64,000 nucleotides of DNA. It comes from Octopus bimaculoides (lineage: Eukaryota). A program made the translations under genes and the position numbers. Shown here one piece after another: positions 62,331-64,000 of this stretch. The stretch is from NCBI RefSeq assembly GCF_001194135.2, contig NC_068981.1:46031561-46095560 (forward strand), in the 5' to 3' direction. The notes below the pieces were generated by a model that did not search any database, was not told the DNA's origin, and saw only the letters and a program-made list of their open reading frames with translations. Position 1 is the first letter of the stretch, and the number at the start of each line of letters is the position of its first letter.

Positions 62331-63550
62331 CTTTGTGTGCGTGCGTGTATTGCATGAAGACAGATTTTATTCAGTCGACAAAAATAGGCAATTGTAATTG
62401 GAAATAGATCGGAAAACGTGTAAGGGGGGTGCAGTGTGGACAACTTTCGCCAATCGCCTGTACATGCATTAATTTTGGGAACACTGTTTGAAGTACCCGG
62501 GGAAAAATTTAGACCACGTTTTAGCAATAACATTACTGTTCTTTTTAATTTATGATTGGAAACGTGTGATGTAGCATTTGGTGTTTGCTAGAAGCACGAA
62601 TTCAGCACGCTAATACCGTTTATTAATGTCTCATCGTACGTTGCTGTATGACACTTATGTTTATTTTTTTTACCTCTTAATTTCCAAATGCGCTTTAGAA
62701 TTCCATGGCATTTTGTAGGTGGCGAAGATGGAATACAATTTCCAAATGCAAGGCAATTTTATAGGTGTGCTTTGTAAACTTATGTAGTCTCTTGATACAT
62801 TGTTACTGGATACGTTCTCACAGAAGAAACCTATTTGTGCCAAAGAATGGTATACCGAAATGATAGGTCCACAATTTGGTTTGAATATTTGTTACGTTAT
62901 ACAATATTGTACAAAATTCAGCTGCATTTAGTCTCGTTATTTTTAGCACAATTCTGCTCGTATCAATCAGAGATATGATCAAATAATAACCCCGTCAGTT
63001 ATTTCTAGGACACAAATTGGAATTTTATAGCGTTTACCTATCAGTTGTATTCCATTTTCAAATAAGTCAATGAAATAGAAGTTCATTTGCGAACGCTCAA
63101 CATTCTAGAAGAAGCAGACCCAACAGACATCAAGTTCTGCCAACATAAGTTAGGCAACACTTATAGATGATGCAGAACAAGAAATACATACAGAAAAAAA
63201 GTGTTCACGTTTAGAATATGCAAAGTAGAAAGAAGGAAATACATTGAAAGAAAGTTTATCATAGTTTCTATGATATTACATAATTTTACGATTTCCATAT
63301 ATGCATACATACACACACACAGGTATAGATATATCTGTATATGTAAACACTTACACACACTTTACCACACATTTATTTATGTATATGTGTCTACACAATT
63401 AATTTATACTCAGTTTCATCAGGCGATTATTCGGAGGTAAAATTAAATATAAGGTCACAAACACCGCTATCCAGACACACATGACCTCACAAGCGTTTCT
63501 ATGTATATGTTGGCATATTTATATGAGGCTATAAAATTGTGGCAATTTCA

Positions 63551-63558
63551 TCTGTCTG

Positions 63559-63611
<53 letters not shown>
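63551..63611. repeat. (CTAT)n microsatellite
   Basis: Direct reading. Confidence 0.95.
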
Positions 63612-63612
<1 letters not shown>

Positions 63613-64000
63613 ATCCTTTCCTTCTTGTAATACCTGGACAGGTCCCGGCCAGAATAGCTTATATATGTATATATATATATATCTATATATATAATAATAT
63701 TATTAGGGACAAAATCCAAAATTACAGGTAAAAAACTCAATTAAAATCAATTTATAAAAAATTAAATTGAGCCTTATAGATAAAGTATATATAAAATATA
63801 TATAGTTTTAGGGAAAATAACCAATTTTCAAGAACTCATCGATGAAAATCCACTATCACATATAGAAAAATTAATAATTAAAAGCACAATAAATGAGTAT
63901 AATATAAAGTAAAGTAAATATCATAAGATAAATATAATAAAAAGATTACACGTGTTTCATAACCAATTTTCAAATAGAAAAGAAATTTAAATCGATTAAA

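Noticed and set aside
63700-64000. AT-rich sequence resembling an interspersed repeat end
   Set aside because: It has no second copy in the window, no motif, and is cut by the window edge, so it cannot be supported from the sequence alone.

Overview
This is eukaryotic, AT-rich, microsatellite-dense genomic DNA from a gapped short-read-type assembly. It has 24 N-runs totalling about 8.3 kb by my count, and most are bordered by (TA)n or another simple repeat. The SINE families and repeat style match what I recall of Octopus genomes; that is inference, not a database result. I cannot confidently identify any host protein-coding exon, rRNA gene, tRNA gene or CRISPR array, so the window reads as intronic or intergenic. 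What I can support is a set of decayed mobile elements. Retroelements: five or six R4/Dong-clade (RT + CCHC + restriction-like endonuclease) LINE pieces, a CR1/L2-group RT, two RTE remnants, a Penelope GIY-YIG remnant, and three tRNA-derived SINE families with about 18 copies plus one tailed orphan repeat. DNA elements: a Helitron PIF1 helicase remnant, two Tc1 (DD34E), a mariner (DD34D), a maT-like piece and two MITE-like elements. The structures most worth following up are these. (1) A head-to-tail R4/Dong cluster at 4.5-9.1 kb built around TAA-type tracts, containing an unclassified ~560-bp element whose second copy is fused directly to R4 coding sequence. (2) A ~115-bp SINE fold-back at 5360-5616 whose arms share private variants. 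(3) Two Tc1 copies that each lost one end and are patched at the break with a copy of sequence from 1.3-1.5 kb to the left. (4) A perfect 114-bp A/T-only palindrome at 47206-47319. I did not find a convincing new multi-gene system. Family names are assigned from protein motifs read by eye and need confirmation against Dfam/Repbase.
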